Below are positions 8,884 through 18,434 of a stretch of DNA of 64,000 nt, in pieces (the stretch's first letter is position 1; each line of letters opens with the position of its first letter). Origin of the DNA: Cenarchaeum sp. (GTDB lineage: Archaea > Thermoproteota > Nitrososphaeria > Nitrososphaerales > Nitrosopumilaceae); contig OZ243037.1 of NCBI GenBank assembly GCA_965212015.1, positions 160,001 to 224,000 of the forward strand, in the 5' to 3' direction. The position numbers and the translations under genes were made by a program. Under the pieces are notes generated by a model that saw only the letters and a program-made list of their open reading frames with translations, was not told the origin of the DNA and did not search any database.

Positions 8884-10611
8884 ATGACTGCCCCAAGGAT
8901 AGTGCTTACCGCAGACAGGACGCTAATGTCGCCGTACAGGAACCTGTCTTTGGCCACGTTTTTTGGTTGCGCGCCGGCCCTTGATCCCAACCGCGATCCC
9001 AAGAGCTTTTGGTACAAGATACTCAAAAACCAGGTGACGCCCAAGATACTCTTTGATTTTATCTGCAACTATATACCCCACACCAACGGGGTGGCCAACT
9101 ATGCCCCCTACGGGCTGCGTAAAGTCGAGGCCGGCCTTTTGCGCGACGGCTTTGCGCGCGACGACGTGGTGGTGGCACACCCGGATCACATTGAAAAATT
9201 CATAGGCCCCGAGACGCAGGTGGTCGGAACCTACGAGATGGATCCGCTTGGAATGGGGCCAGTCACGATGACCTTTACGTACGGAAGAAAGCAAATGTCG
9301 TACGACGAGTACTATAACAGGGAGCTTCACATGAGGATCAATGCCGCAAAAAAGAAAAACAACAGCAATGCCAAGGTGATTGCCGGGGCCTCTGGAACCT
9401 GGCAGTACAACTATGACCCGCAAAAAATCCAGGAATACGGCCTGTATGCGGTTCTGGAAGGCGAGCTTGGCGGGATTGCGCCGGAGATCGACGGCCACGC
9501 AGGACGCTTCTTCAACTATCTGATGGACGGCGAGTTTGAAAACATGGATCCGTTCAGGAAGCGCAGCGACTTTAAGGTAAACATCAAGGAATTCGAAAGG
9601 GAGGGCAAGAAAATCCACGGGCGGTTTGTAAACTTTTGGGACAGGCCGGACCTGGATGACATTCCGGAGATAGTGGAGCCCAGCATGCACGGAATGATAG
9701 AGGTGATGAGGGGATGCGGCAGGGGGTGCAAGTTCTGCGACGTGACGCTGCGATCCCTGAGGTACTATTCGCCCGAAAAGGTCAAAAAAGAGATCGAAGT
9801 CAACATAAAAAAGGGCGGCGCAAAGTCTGCATGGGTCCACAGCGACGACATTTTTGTCTACGGGATGGATCCCAGGACAAGCAAGGGGATGGAGCCCAAC
9901 CGCGAGGCACTCGAGGAGCTATTCACTGCGATCATGTCTACTGGCGTGCCGCACACAAACCCGACGCACGGGACGCTTGCCGGCGCCATAGCAGACGAAA
10001 AGCTGATTCCCAACCTTTCAAGAATAATGAAGTCCGGATCCGAAAACCTGATAGGCGTACAGTGCGGCTTTGAGACCGGCAGCCTGAGGCTGATTGAAAA
10101 ATACGCAGACAGAAAGCTTGCGCCGTACAAGCCCGAAGAGTGGCACTGGGTCCTCAAGGAGGGGGTAAAGACGCTAAACCGGGACTATTGGATTCCCGCA
10201 TTCACGCTAATCATGGGCCTTGACAACGACGAGACGCCGGAGGATTCCTGGGAGACGATCCGGATAATCAGCGAGCTTGAGCAGGAACAGCCGGACTCCA
10301 TGTTTACCACCACGCCTCTCACCTTTGTGCCGATCGGCCTGCTGGAAAAGTCAGAGTTCTTTAACATCGGCAACGACATGGATCCCGCCCAGCTGGGAGT
10401 CATGTACAAGACGTGGCAGCACAACTTCAAGTACGGCATTCAAAAGTTCATGACCAAGACCGGCGGCGGAAGCGGCGCAAGAAGGACGTTCTTTAACATA
10501 ATAGCGCGGTCGCTTGGCGGCGTCCCGCTGGGGGCCATGGAGAGGTATGCCAGGCGCAAGGGCGCCGAGCACGAGCGAGTCATTGAAAAAATCAAGGTAA
10601 AATACTGGTAG
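8884..10611 (+). CDS. B12-binding radical SAM protein, GDGT ring synthase (Grs)-like family
   Basis: RGCGRGCKFC radical SAM motif; N-terminal IVLTADR...APYGLRKVEA...DPLGMGPV pattern resembles Sulfolobus GrsA/GrsB as I recall them. Confidence 0.75.
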   Translation: MTAPRIVLTADRTLMSPYRNLSLATFFGCAPALDPNRDPKSFWYKILKNQVTPKILFDFICNYIPHTNGVANYAPYGLRKVEAGLLRDGFARDDVVVAHPDHIEKFIGPETQVVGTYEMDPLGMGPVTMTFTYGRKQMSYDEYYNRELHMRINAAKKKNNSNAKVIAGASGTWQYNYDPQKIQEYGLYAVLEGELGGIAPEIDGHAGRFFNYLMDGEFENMDPFRKRSDFKVNIKEFEREGKKIHGRFVNFWDRPDLDDIPEIVEPSMHGMIEVMRGCGRGCKFCDVTLRSLRYYSPEKVKKEIEVNIKKGGAKSAWVHSDDIFVYGMDPRTSKGMEPNREALEELFTAIMSTGVPHTNPTHGTLAGAIADEKLIPNLSRIMKSGSENLIGVQCGFETGSLRLIEKYADRKLAPYKPEEWHWVLKEGVKTLNRDYWIPAFTLIMGLDNDETPEDSWETIRIISELEQEQPDSMFTTTPLTFVPIGLLEKSEFFNIGNDMDPAQLGVMYKTWQHNFKYGIQKFMTKTGGGSGARRTFFNIIARSLGGVPLGAMERYARRKGAEHERVIEKIKVKYW

Positions 10612-10695
10612 GATTCGTATGGCACGCACCCGTAGGGCCGCCCGGCATGAGCGCGTAATACAAATACATAAATTCAATCCGGCAGGTAACACGGT

Positions 10696-10878
10696 ATGGC
10701 AACCCACGGATCGCTTACCAAGGCAGGCAAGGTAAGGGGGCAGACCCCGAAAATTGAGGGAAGAAAAAAGATCGGCACCAGCTCCAGCCTCAGAAACAAG
10801 AGCAATTTTAAAAAACGCTTTGTCCTAAACAGGGTTCCAGGCCAAAACAAGCCCGGACAGCGAAGGCGAAGACGCTAG
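10696..10878 (+). CDS. rps30e: 30S ribosomal protein eS30
   Basis: HGSLTKAGKVRGQTPK. Confidence 0.95.
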   Translation: MATHGSLTKAGKVRGQTPKIEGRKKIGTSSSLRNKSNFKKRFVLNRVPGQNKPGQRRRRR

Positions 10879-11165
10879 CCCGTATTGCCGTCCTCTGCAA
10901 GCGCCTCTCTTATCGATGCTGCGTGCTCTTTAAGCATTGCATGAAACTCTTGAATGTCCTCCAGTGCGGGACTCTTTTGCCTGCCCGCATACGCCTGTAT
11001 GAATGCCGAGTATACGCATCCGGCGATTATCCCAAAGGCGGCGTCTGTGGGGGAGCCTATCTCGGGTGAGTACGATTCTGCGATCTGCCTGTATGACTGG
11101 GCCTCGCCGATATAGTATTCTATCTGGTCCTTGATGTATGTGCGATCCTCCTCGGAAATCCCCAT
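10875..11165 (-). CDS. Hypothetical protein (small, helical)
   Basis: Clean 96-aa ORF convergent with rps30e; protein-like composition. Confidence 0.65.
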   Translation of the reverse strand: MGISEEDRTYIKDQIEYYIGEAQSYRQIAESYSPEIGSPTDAAFGIIAGCVYSAFIQAYAGRQKSPALEDIQEFHAMLKEHAASIREALAEDGNTG

Positions 11166-11305
11166 GCACCGTGTGTGGATTTTCTGTTATTTGTATATTG
11201 CAGGCATTCTGACATCGGCGGATTCGGCCCCGGCTGCCGGCAGTTTTTGCACGGCGGCGTGGATGGTTTAAATTCAGATCCACGCCAGGTGATGCCGTCA
11301 AGGCA

Positions 11306-11782
11306 GTGGCATCACTTTTTGCCGTGACGGTGCTTGTGGCAATGATTCCTGCGGCGTTTGCAGATGCAAACGAGGCGCACAGCATTGCCACAAATTATAT
11401 GCAGTCACAGTCCGACGAGTCGACCCGTGATGCAGAAGGGATTCCGATCGTGTTTTCTGCAGTCGACGGGGACAAGCTGGTAATGGGAATAAGCGCAGCC
11501 GCCTTTTCGTCCAACACCACGTATACCGAATCCCAGGTGCAGGAATTTCTCGGAATCACCACGCCTGTAGAGATCACATACCTGTCGACTATGCCTCTAT
11601 CTGTAGGAGATCCGGTTCCATGGAATGCCGACCAAAACCAAGTTGCCGGCACTCACGAGCCATCCCCCTACAATGCGTCCCTGCCGATACTGCTGCTGGT
11701 ACTCGGATGTGCGATTGCGGTACCGGCAGTGTGGATGGCAAGGAGGCGGTTCCGCAGAACGCAGAGCCGCCTACAGCAGTGA
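11306..11782 (+). CDS. Hypothetical secreted protein with C-terminal TM anchor
   Basis: Signal peptide ending AFA; C-terminal hydrophobic helix followed by RRRFRR; TTTAAA upstream. Confidence 0.7.
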   Translation: MASLFAVTVLVAMIPAAFADANEAHSIATNYMQSQSDESTRDAEGIPIVFSAVDGDKLVMGISAAAFSSNTTYTESQVQEFLGITTPVEITYLSTMPLSVGDPVPWNADQNQVAGTHEPSPYNASLPILLLVLGCAIAVPAVWMARRRFRRTQSRLQQ

Positions 11783-11836
11783 GCCCGGCGCGTGCGATTA
11801 CAAAATTATTTAAGGTGACAAACACGGCCTATACTG

Positions 11837-12571
11837 ATGTCCGATCCCGCCCCGTCAGGGCCAAACGTCATGCTGTGGGGACTGGTGGCGGCGTTTATCC
11901 TGTCTGCCTTTCTGGGCGGCTATCTTGTAGGCTCTGGCACCGAGTCCGTCTCAAACGAGGATCTTGCAAAAATAATAACACAAACGCGCCAGACGCAGGC
12001 GCAGCAGGCCCCAGACGCGCCGGTCTTTGTCTCGCTGGATGACGATCCAAGCAAGGGAAACCCCGAGGCGGCAGTCACCATAGTAGAGTTTTCTGATTTT
12101 CAGTGTCCGTCGTGCAACAGGTTTTACCAGCAGGTCCTCCCGCAGCTGGAGCGGCATTACATTGATACGGGAAAGATAAACTTTGTCTACCGCGACATGC
12201 CGCTGAACATACACGCAAACGCAGTTCCCGCCCATGCGGCAGCCGAGTGCGCCCACGAGCAGGGAATGTTCTGGCAGTACCACGACATCCTTTTTGAGAG
12301 GCAGTCGCAATGGAACAGGCTTGACGCACAGGATCTTGATGCGCAGCTAAAGGCGTATGCCGCAGAGTTGGGACTGGACTCTGGCTTTGATGAATGCATA
12401 AAATCACCTGACGTTATCCGCGAGATTCAAAAGGACTTTGCCCAGGCAAGGGGGTACGGGGCGCAGGGGACCCCGACGTTTTTCGTGGGAAACGACTCTG
12501 ACGGGTATATCAAGCTGGCAGGCGTGCATCCGTTCTCGACGTTCCAGTCCATGATTGATTCAAAGCTTTGA
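11837..12571 (+). CDS. Membrane-anchored DsbA-family thiol-disulfide oxidoreductase
   Basis: N-terminal TM, EFSDFQCPSC, GTPTFF. Confidence 0.92.
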   Translation: MSDPAPSGPNVMLWGLVAAFILSAFLGGYLVGSGTESVSNEDLAKIITQTRQTQAQQAPDAPVFVSLDDDPSKGNPEAAVTIVEFSDFQCPSCNRFYQQVLPQLERHYIDTGKINFVYRDMPLNIHANAVPAHAAAECAHEQGMFWQYHDILFERQSQWNRLDAQDLDAQLKAYAAELGLDSGFDECIKSPDVIREIQKDFAQARGYGAQGTPTFFVGNDSDGYIKLAGVHPFSTFQSMIDSKL

Positions 12572-13026
12572 CGTGGAAGCTGGACAGGGACGAATACTAT
12601 TTTCGCATCCTCGACTCAAAAAAGCAGATTGCGGGGTATTTTGATCCCGATTACGGCAGGACGATGCCCGAGGCGCGCAGGGAGCAGATGATCGACGAAA
12701 TGTGGAAAAACCACGACGCAATCCCGGGGGGCTATCTGATGGTGGGCCTGGTAAAATTCGGGATATTTGGGGGTGATTATAACTCTGATGTGTTCGGCCT
12801 AGAAAGACAGATGGATTACATAGGCGAGAGGATTCTAAAGTGGAAGGATTTCATCGCCTCGCAGGACATCAGGCTCCACTTTGTAAACATATCGCACACA
12901 GACCAGGACATGCTCACCATTACGATACCGCTGAGGTTTCAAAGGCCGGTTCCGCTAGAAAGGGGGCACATCTATGCGCAGCTTGAGCCTATGCTGGGTC
13001 TGCTGCAGCGGCGACGCCTGCTATAG
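12568..13026 (+). CDS. Hypothetical protein
   Basis: TTGA overlap with the DsbA gene; globular composition. Confidence 0.65.
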   Translation: MTWKLDRDEYYFRILDSKKQIAGYFDPDYGRTMPEARREQMIDEMWKNHDAIPGGYLMVGLVKFGIFGGDYNSDVFGLERQMDYIGERILKWKDFIASQDIRLHFVNISHTDQDMLTITIPLRFQRPVPLERGHIYAQLEPMLGLLQRRRLL

Positions 13027-13735
13027 CGCCGTTCCAGTATCTTGACAGGACCGCATACCCCACAAACGACGACGCAAACAGTATGCCCGAGCCTAGGGGG
13101 AACTCTGGGACTGCGGCATACTCTTCGGATTCTGCGACAAGCGCATAGTCCACTGCGCCAATCTGCTCCTTGTCAGAGGCGTGAATCAGAAAAAACGACT
13201 CTTCGGAGGCCCTGAGATAGTCCGGCTTTGTATGGGCCTTTGATACTGCGGCTATGTTGCCGTGCACGTCGTACAGCGTGGCTATAACTGACACTGCGTT
13301 GGCAGTAATCTCGCCTCCGTTTGAGACGGTGCCGGTAATTACCAGGTTCCCAAAGCCGTCCCTTGAGAGCTCAGACGATGTAATGTCGATTGCCTGGCTT
13401 TTTGGGGCCGCAACCTTGTACTCAAAGTCAAGCGCATAGCCCTGGAGGTCGTCCGGGTTTATCCTGCCTATTGCAATCTCAAAGGGGGCAGTTATTCCGG
13501 GCATTATGTTGTTGAGCAGCGTCCTGGCAGACGCCGTGCCGATTACGCGCTCCGGCGAGTGCACGGTGGCGTGCACCTCGAGCTGGCTGAGCGGCACGTC
13601 TGAGCCGTTGTCCACCTCGCCCACTATATACAGTATGCCGTCATCAAAGTACGCCTGATCGTTTTGGATCTCTATCTCCGCCCAGACTGCGGGGACTCCT
13701 AGCGCCAGCAGCAACAAGACAAGGTGTACTCTCAC
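12989..13735 (-). CDS. Secreted FxLYD-type Ig-like protein with PEF-CTERM-like sorting signal
   Basis: Signal peptide, two GEV.N/GTV.N...ATLYD repeats, VPEFPLG followed by TM. Confidence 0.8.
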   Translation of the reverse strand: MRVHLVLLLLALGVPAVWAEIEIQNDQAYFDDGILYIVGEVDNGSDVPLSQLEVHATVHSPERVIGTASARTLLNNIMPGITAPFEIAIGRINPDDLQGYALDFEYKVAAPKSQAIDITSSELSRDGFGNLVITGTVSNGGEITANAVSVIATLYDVHGNIAAVSKAHTKPDYLRASEESFFLIHASDKEQIGAVDYALVAESEEYAAVPEFPLGSGILFASSFVGYAVLSRYWNGAIAGVAAAADPA

Positions 13736-14271
13736 CCCGTCGTGTTGGCGCCTGTGACTAAAGAAGCTTGTGGCTTTTGGCCCGCTTGCGCGCCCTTGTA
13801 GCTTGCCAGCGCGGCAAGCTCGTACGAAAACGACTCTTGGTGCAGCTCGTCTGCCCTGACGCCGTGCGACTCATCACCCGTGTCTATCCATAGCGCGATC
13901 TGCAAGTCGCGCTCCAGCTGCGACTCTGTCGACAGCCTAAAGAGCTCAACTGACGGGGCAAACGACTCGGGCGGCTCCAGCCCGTCGTATCTCTGAATCA
14001 GGGCCTCCATCTGCACAAAGTGCCCCCCTGCAATCTCTAAAAACTCCTGCCCTGTCATGCCGCCCTCGTGGTACGTCCTCTCGGCGGAATCAAATGCGTC
14101 CTGTAATAGCACCAGGTCGTCCTGGATTCCCTTGATGTCTGCCCCAAAGGCGCCGCCACGGATCTTTTGCTGGTCTGCCTGATAGCCGTACCAGATCGCC
14201 CCTGCGAGAATTGCCCCCAGAATCAAAACCAGGACGATGCGCCGCTTTTGCCTTTTCCTCAAAACCACCAT
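13732..14271 (-). CDS. Hypothetical membrane-anchored helical protein
   Basis: MVVLRKRQKRR plus TM helix, then helical acidic domain; start ATG 14271. Confidence 0.75.
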   Translation of the reverse strand: MVVLRKRQKRRIVLVLILGAILAGAIWYGYQADQQKIRGGAFGADIKGIQDDLVLLQDAFDSAERTYHEGGMTGQEFLEIAGGHFVQMEALIQRYDGLEPPESFAPSVELFRLSTESQLERDLQIALWIDTGDESHGVRADELHQESFSYELAALASYKGAQAGQKPQASLVTGANTTG

Positions 14272-14537
14272 ACCCGCCGTTTTTTTGCATTTAAGTTGTC
14301 TGCATGTGCGCCGCACGCAGGGAAATCCCAGACATGCGGCAGCCGTGCTGTTTTTGGGAACGCCGGTGCAGACATGCGTGATTCTGATGCGGGCGGGAAA
14401 GTCATGGACGGCCCGCCATGTGTTCCTGTATGGTAATGCCGCGCAAATCCCGCCGGGGGGCAATCCGTGCCTGTTTTGCGCATTCTGCGTGACTGGCAAT
14501 GCTCTGACTAATATAGTGCCTAGTTTTAGGGGGGCTT

Positions 14538-14777
14538 ATGGCGACTGCTTATGTCCTGATAAACTGCGAGCTCGGCTCTGAGGAGTCAATAATTCAGCAG
14601 CTAAAGGGGCTAGACGGGGTGCGCGAGGTTCACGGAACCTTTGGGGCGTACGACATTCTTGCAAAGATAGAGTCCGATACGGTTGAAAAACTCAGGGAGA
14701 CTATCACGTGGAAGATACGAAAGATAGAGAAAATCCGCTCCACCCTGACGCTGATGGGCATCGAAGGCCAGACATAG
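14538..14777 (+). CDS. Stand-alone Lrp/AsnC ligand-binding (RAM) domain protein
   Basis: AYVLINCELG...VHGTFGAYDILAKI...IRSTLTL; no HTH. Confidence 0.9.
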   Translation: MATAYVLINCELGSEESIIQQLKGLDGVREVHGTFGAYDILAKIESDTVEKLRETITWKIRKIEKIRSTLTLMGIEGQT

Positions 14778-14786
14778 CGCGTTTTT

Positions 14787-15362
14787 TTGAAATTGCTGCT
14801 GCACTTTATCTTTATGGCAAGGGACGCAGACATTTTACAGCGAAGGGCGGAATTCGAGTATGCCAAAAAGATGGCGCAGTTTTTCAGGACGTGGATTGGC
14901 GAAAAGTTCTCCATACGCCTTGATGTCCGGTGCGACGAGATGGTCACGCACAAACGGCACATGCTAGACAGGCTGGACACACACACGATACTCCGGGATC
15001 ACGAGTCAAGGGGCAGCGATGTGTTTCACTTTTATCTGTGCCATTTCCGCCCCACGTGGACTGACTGTACGTGCGAGGGGTATCACGCAGAAAACTTTGG
15101 GATGATCTACTGGCAAAAACCCAAAAAGCAAGACGACGCCGTGTTTCTGGCAGAAAAAAACTGCACTGCCGTCTCGCACGAGCTTGCCCACGAGCTGCTG
15201 CGGCAAAAAAACTACAAGCGGTTTGTCCAGGACGTACACGACGTCTGGACGAGGCATTTTCACGCCGGCCTGCCCTTTGAGCAGTACGGGACGGATCACA
15301 GGCGAACTGACGGCGAGCCTGCGTTTCTTACGCTGGATGTCTCATCACTAGTGGCGCACTAG
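14787..15362 (+). CDS. Hypothetical protein with zincin-like HExxH motif
   Basis: SHELAHELL; CTC motif. Confidence 0.75.
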   Translation: MKLLLHFIFMARDADILQRRAEFEYAKKMAQFFRTWIGEKFSIRLDVRCDEMVTHKRHMLDRLDTHTILRDHESRGSDVFHFYLCHFRPTWTDCTCEGYHAENFGMIYWQKPKKQDDAVFLAEKNCTAVSHELAHELLRQKNYKRFVQDVHDVWTRHFHAGLPFEQYGTDHRRTDGEPAFLTLDVSSLVAH

Positions 15363-15991
15363 CACTTTGTCACAGAATAGATATTGTTCTCAAAGTTTGC
15401 AGTCTTAAAGTCCAGCCTGTTTTCGGGATCCTTGCTCCTCGACTTGCTGAGGTTTTCCAGCTCCACTAGGGCCTCGCCCCTGAACCCCACCGACGATCCG
15501 TATATGGCGTCGGTGAGCTGCGTTCCGTGGTCGCCGTCCTTTAGATCGTCGACAATCTCGTAAAACCTGCCCGTGTCGCGCTTGTTTACCGGCTTGCCGA
15601 CTGCCTTGTTGAGCGCCACTGCGATGTACATTCCGTTGTTCTTTACGGCCACGGGAATCCTGTGGTTCTTGCCTGACTTGCCGGGGATTGTCTCGTTGAT
15701 TAGGATCTCGCACTTGTGGTACATGCTAGAAACGTACGCATAAAACCTAAACTGTGCAAACTTGCCTGCCTCGTCCTCTGCACAGTCCACAAACACCCTG
15801 TGCAGGAGCTGCAGTGCGTCATCGTTCATGCTCTGAAGCCTGTCGTCTATCCTTCCCCTTTCCAGGAGCTCAGAGTCGCATTCCTTTGCGACCAGATCCA
15901 GGATGAAATCCGGCAGGTTGTAGTTCTTTAGCGCCGCCACAAAGGCGCCTGCCTGGGACATGCCGAACTTTGGAAAACCCTTGTTTACCAT
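15359..15991 (-). CDS. Hypothetical protein, C-terminal restriction-endonuclease-like fold
   Basis: GKSGKNHRI.V.V...AVALNK resembles an Mrr/PD-(D/E)xK scaffold with degenerate catalytic residues. Confidence 0.65.
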   Translation of the reverse strand: MVNKGFPKFGMSQAGAFVAALKNYNLPDFILDLVAKECDSELLERGRIDDRLQSMNDDALQLLHRVFVDCAEDEAGKFAQFRFYAYVSSMYHKCEILINETIPGKSGKNHRIPVAVKNNGMYIAVALNKAVGKPVNKRDTGRFYEIVDDLKDGDHGTQLTDAIYGSSVGFRGEALVELENLSKSRSKDPENRLDFKTANFENNIYSVTKC

Positions 15992-16160
15992 GTCTGATTC
16001 ACGCGCAAAAAGCGCCGACTATTCCACGTCATAGGCCACACTGTGTGGCCGTTTTTGGCTTATAATTGTTGAGAAAAACACGGCCCAAACGCGCCGCAAA
16101 GCTTTGATTTGCACAAAATTGCCTGGAAATATTAAATTCGGGTGCGGTTTTAGGGCATCC

Positions 16161-18416
16161 ATGGCAAAAACGGCGGCGGGTCTGGTTTCTGACGCATACG
16201 AGAGGCTTGGCAGAAACGTCGCGCATTACAGGGGGACGCTTGGCAGGCCCATGACGCTTACAGAAAAGATTCTTTTCGGACACGCAGTCGAGACCGGAAC
16301 AAACCCCGCCGAGGGCAGGGACTATGTCTATCTTCGTCCCGACAGGGTCGCACTGCAGGACGTCACGGGGCAGATGGTGATGCTGCAGTTCATGTCGACT
16401 GGGCTAAGGCAGACCAGCCTTCCCACCACCATACACTGTGACCACCTCATTCGCGCAAAGCTCGAAGGCGAGGCAGACATGCGCGAGTCGCTGGGAGAAA
16501 ACAGCGAGGTGTTCCGCTTTTTAGAATCGTCTGCAGGAAAATACGGGTGCGGATTCTGGAGGCCGGGGGCCGGAATAATCCACCAGGTGGTGCTTGAAAA
16601 CTATGCGTTTCCCGGCGGGCTGATGATAGGCACCGACTCGCACACCCCAAACGCAGGCGGGCTGGGAATGATCGCAATCGGAGTCGGCGGAGTAGATGCC
16701 GCAGAGACCATGGCAGGAATGCCATGGGAGATCCTGTATCCCAGGCGGATAGGCGTGCGCCTTGTCGGCAGGCTGAACGGCTGGAGCGCCCCCAAGGACA
16801 TAATCCTAAAGGTCGCCTCGGAGCTTACCGTGTCTGGCGGAACCAACGCGGTGCTGGAATATTTCGGCCCCGGCACAGAGTCGATTAGCTGCACCGGAAA
16901 GGCGACCATAACTAACATGGGCGCAGAGATAGGGGCCACCTGCTCGATATTTCCGTACGACAAAAGGATGGAAAAATACCTGCGCTTTACCCGGCGCAAA
17001 GAGATTGCGGATCTTGCAAACAAGAACCGGGACCTGCTTGTTGCAGACCCACAGGTCTGCCAAGAGCCCGAAAAGTATTTCGAGCGGGTAATCGAGATCG
17101 ACCTGTCCTCCCTAGAGCCGCACGTGGTGGGGCCGCACACGCCGGATCTGGCGCGCCCCGTATCGAGGCTGGCCTCCGACACAAGGGAGAACCGCTATAT
17201 CGACGAGATCTCAGTGGCGCTGGTGGGAAGCTGCACCAACTCATCGTACGAGGACATGTCCCGGGCTGCAGGAATCGCCATGCAGGCAAGGGCAAGGGGG
17301 GTCCGGGCAAAGATTCCGCTGCTAGTGACGCCAGGCTCCGAGCAGATACGGGCAACAATAGAGCGCGACGGACAGATGCAGTCCCTCAAGGACATCGGGG
17401 CCACGGTGCTTGCCAACGCGTGCGGGCCGTGCATAGGGCAGTGGAGCAGGCCTGAGCTAAAAAAGGGCGAGCCCAACACCATACTTACCACGTTTAACAG
17501 GAACTTTCCTGGCAGAAACGACGGAAGCCGCCAGACCATGAACTTTATCGCAAGCCCGGAGCTGGTGGTGGCCATGGCGCTAAGCGGAAGCCTTTCGTTC
17601 AACCCGCTTACCGACTCGCTGATGGCAAAGGACGGAACAAAGTTTGGCCTAAAGGCGCCAGGTGCTGCGCCGGAGGTTCCAGACGGGGGCTTTGAGGTGG
17701 CGCAAGACGCGTATGTCGCCCCGTCCGAAAATCCGGACTCTATCTCTGTGGAAATCGGCAGTACCAGCAGGCGCCTTCAGAAACTGGAGCCGTTTGCGGC
17801 ATGGGACGGCCGGGATTTTGAAAAGCTTCCGGTGCTCATAAAGGTCAGCGGCAAGTGCACCACCGACCACATATCGCCTGCCGGTGCGTGGCTCTCCTTT
17901 CGGGGCCACCTCGATAACCTGAGTGACAACATGCTGCTGGGTGCAGTCAATGCATTTGGCGGGGAGGTGGGCCGGGCAGAAAACACCCTGACGGGCCGGC
18001 CCGAGCCGCTGCCGCAGATTGCGCGCAGCTATAAGGAGAAAAACATGCGCTGGATCATAATAGGCGACTCTAACTATGGGGAGGGAAGCAGCAGGGAGCA
18101 CGCGGCAATGTCGCCGAGGTTCCTCGGGTGCGCCGCCGTAATTGCAAAAAGTTTTGCAAGAATCCACGAGACCAACCTCAAAAAGCAGGGCATACTGGCG
18201 CTTGCATTCTCCAATCCGGAGGACTATGAAAAAATCCAAAAGGGCGACAGGCTGAGCCTGGCGGGGCTGGATGGCATGTCGCCGGGTGGCGCGGTAAGGT
18301 GTGTGATACATCACGGCGATTCAGAAGAGGAGATTTCACTTGTGCACTCGTACAACAAGTTTCAGATCGAGTGGTTCCGCAGCGGATCGGCGCTGAACGT
18401 ACTGGGGAAGAAATAG
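16161..18416 (+). CDS. acn: Aconitate hydratase
   Basis: HCDHLI, GTDSHT, GSCTNSS, ACGPCIG, TTDHISPAG, GSSREHAA; start ATG 16161. Confidence 0.96.
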   Translation: MAKTAAGLVSDAYERLGRNVAHYRGTLGRPMTLTEKILFGHAVETGTNPAEGRDYVYLRPDRVALQDVTGQMVMLQFMSTGLRQTSLPTTIHCDHLIRAKLEGEADMRESLGENSEVFRFLESSAGKYGCGFWRPGAGIIHQVVLENYAFPGGLMIGTDSHTPNAGGLGMIAIGVGGVDAAETMAGMPWEILYPRRIGVRLVGRLNGWSAPKDIILKVASELTVSGGTNAVLEYFGPGTESISCTGKATITNMGAEIGATCSIFPYDKRMEKYLRFTRRKEIADLANKNRDLLVADPQVCQEPEKYFERVIEIDLSSLEPHVVGPHTPDLARPVSRLASDTRENRYIDEISVALVGSCTNSSYEDMSRAAGIAMQARARGVRAKIPLLVTPGSEQIRATIERDGQMQSLKDIGATVLANACGPCIGQWSRPELKKGEPNTILTTFNRNFPGRNDGSRQTMNFIASPELVVAMALSGSLSFNPLTDSLMAKDGTKFGLKAPGAAPEVPDGGFEVAQDAYVAPSENPDSISVEIGSTSRRLQKLEPFAAWDGRDFEKLPVLIKVSGKCTTDHISPAGAWLSFRGHLDNLSDNMLLGAVNAFGGEVGRAENTLTGRPEPLPQIARSYKEKNMRWIIIGDSNYGEGSSREHAAMSPRFLGCAAVIAKSFARIHETNLKKQGILALAFSNPEDYEKIQKGDRLSLAGLDGMSPGGAVRCVIHHGDSEEEISLVHSYNKFQIEWFRSGSALNVLGKK

Positions 18417-18434
18417 GGCGGATTTTGGGTTACG

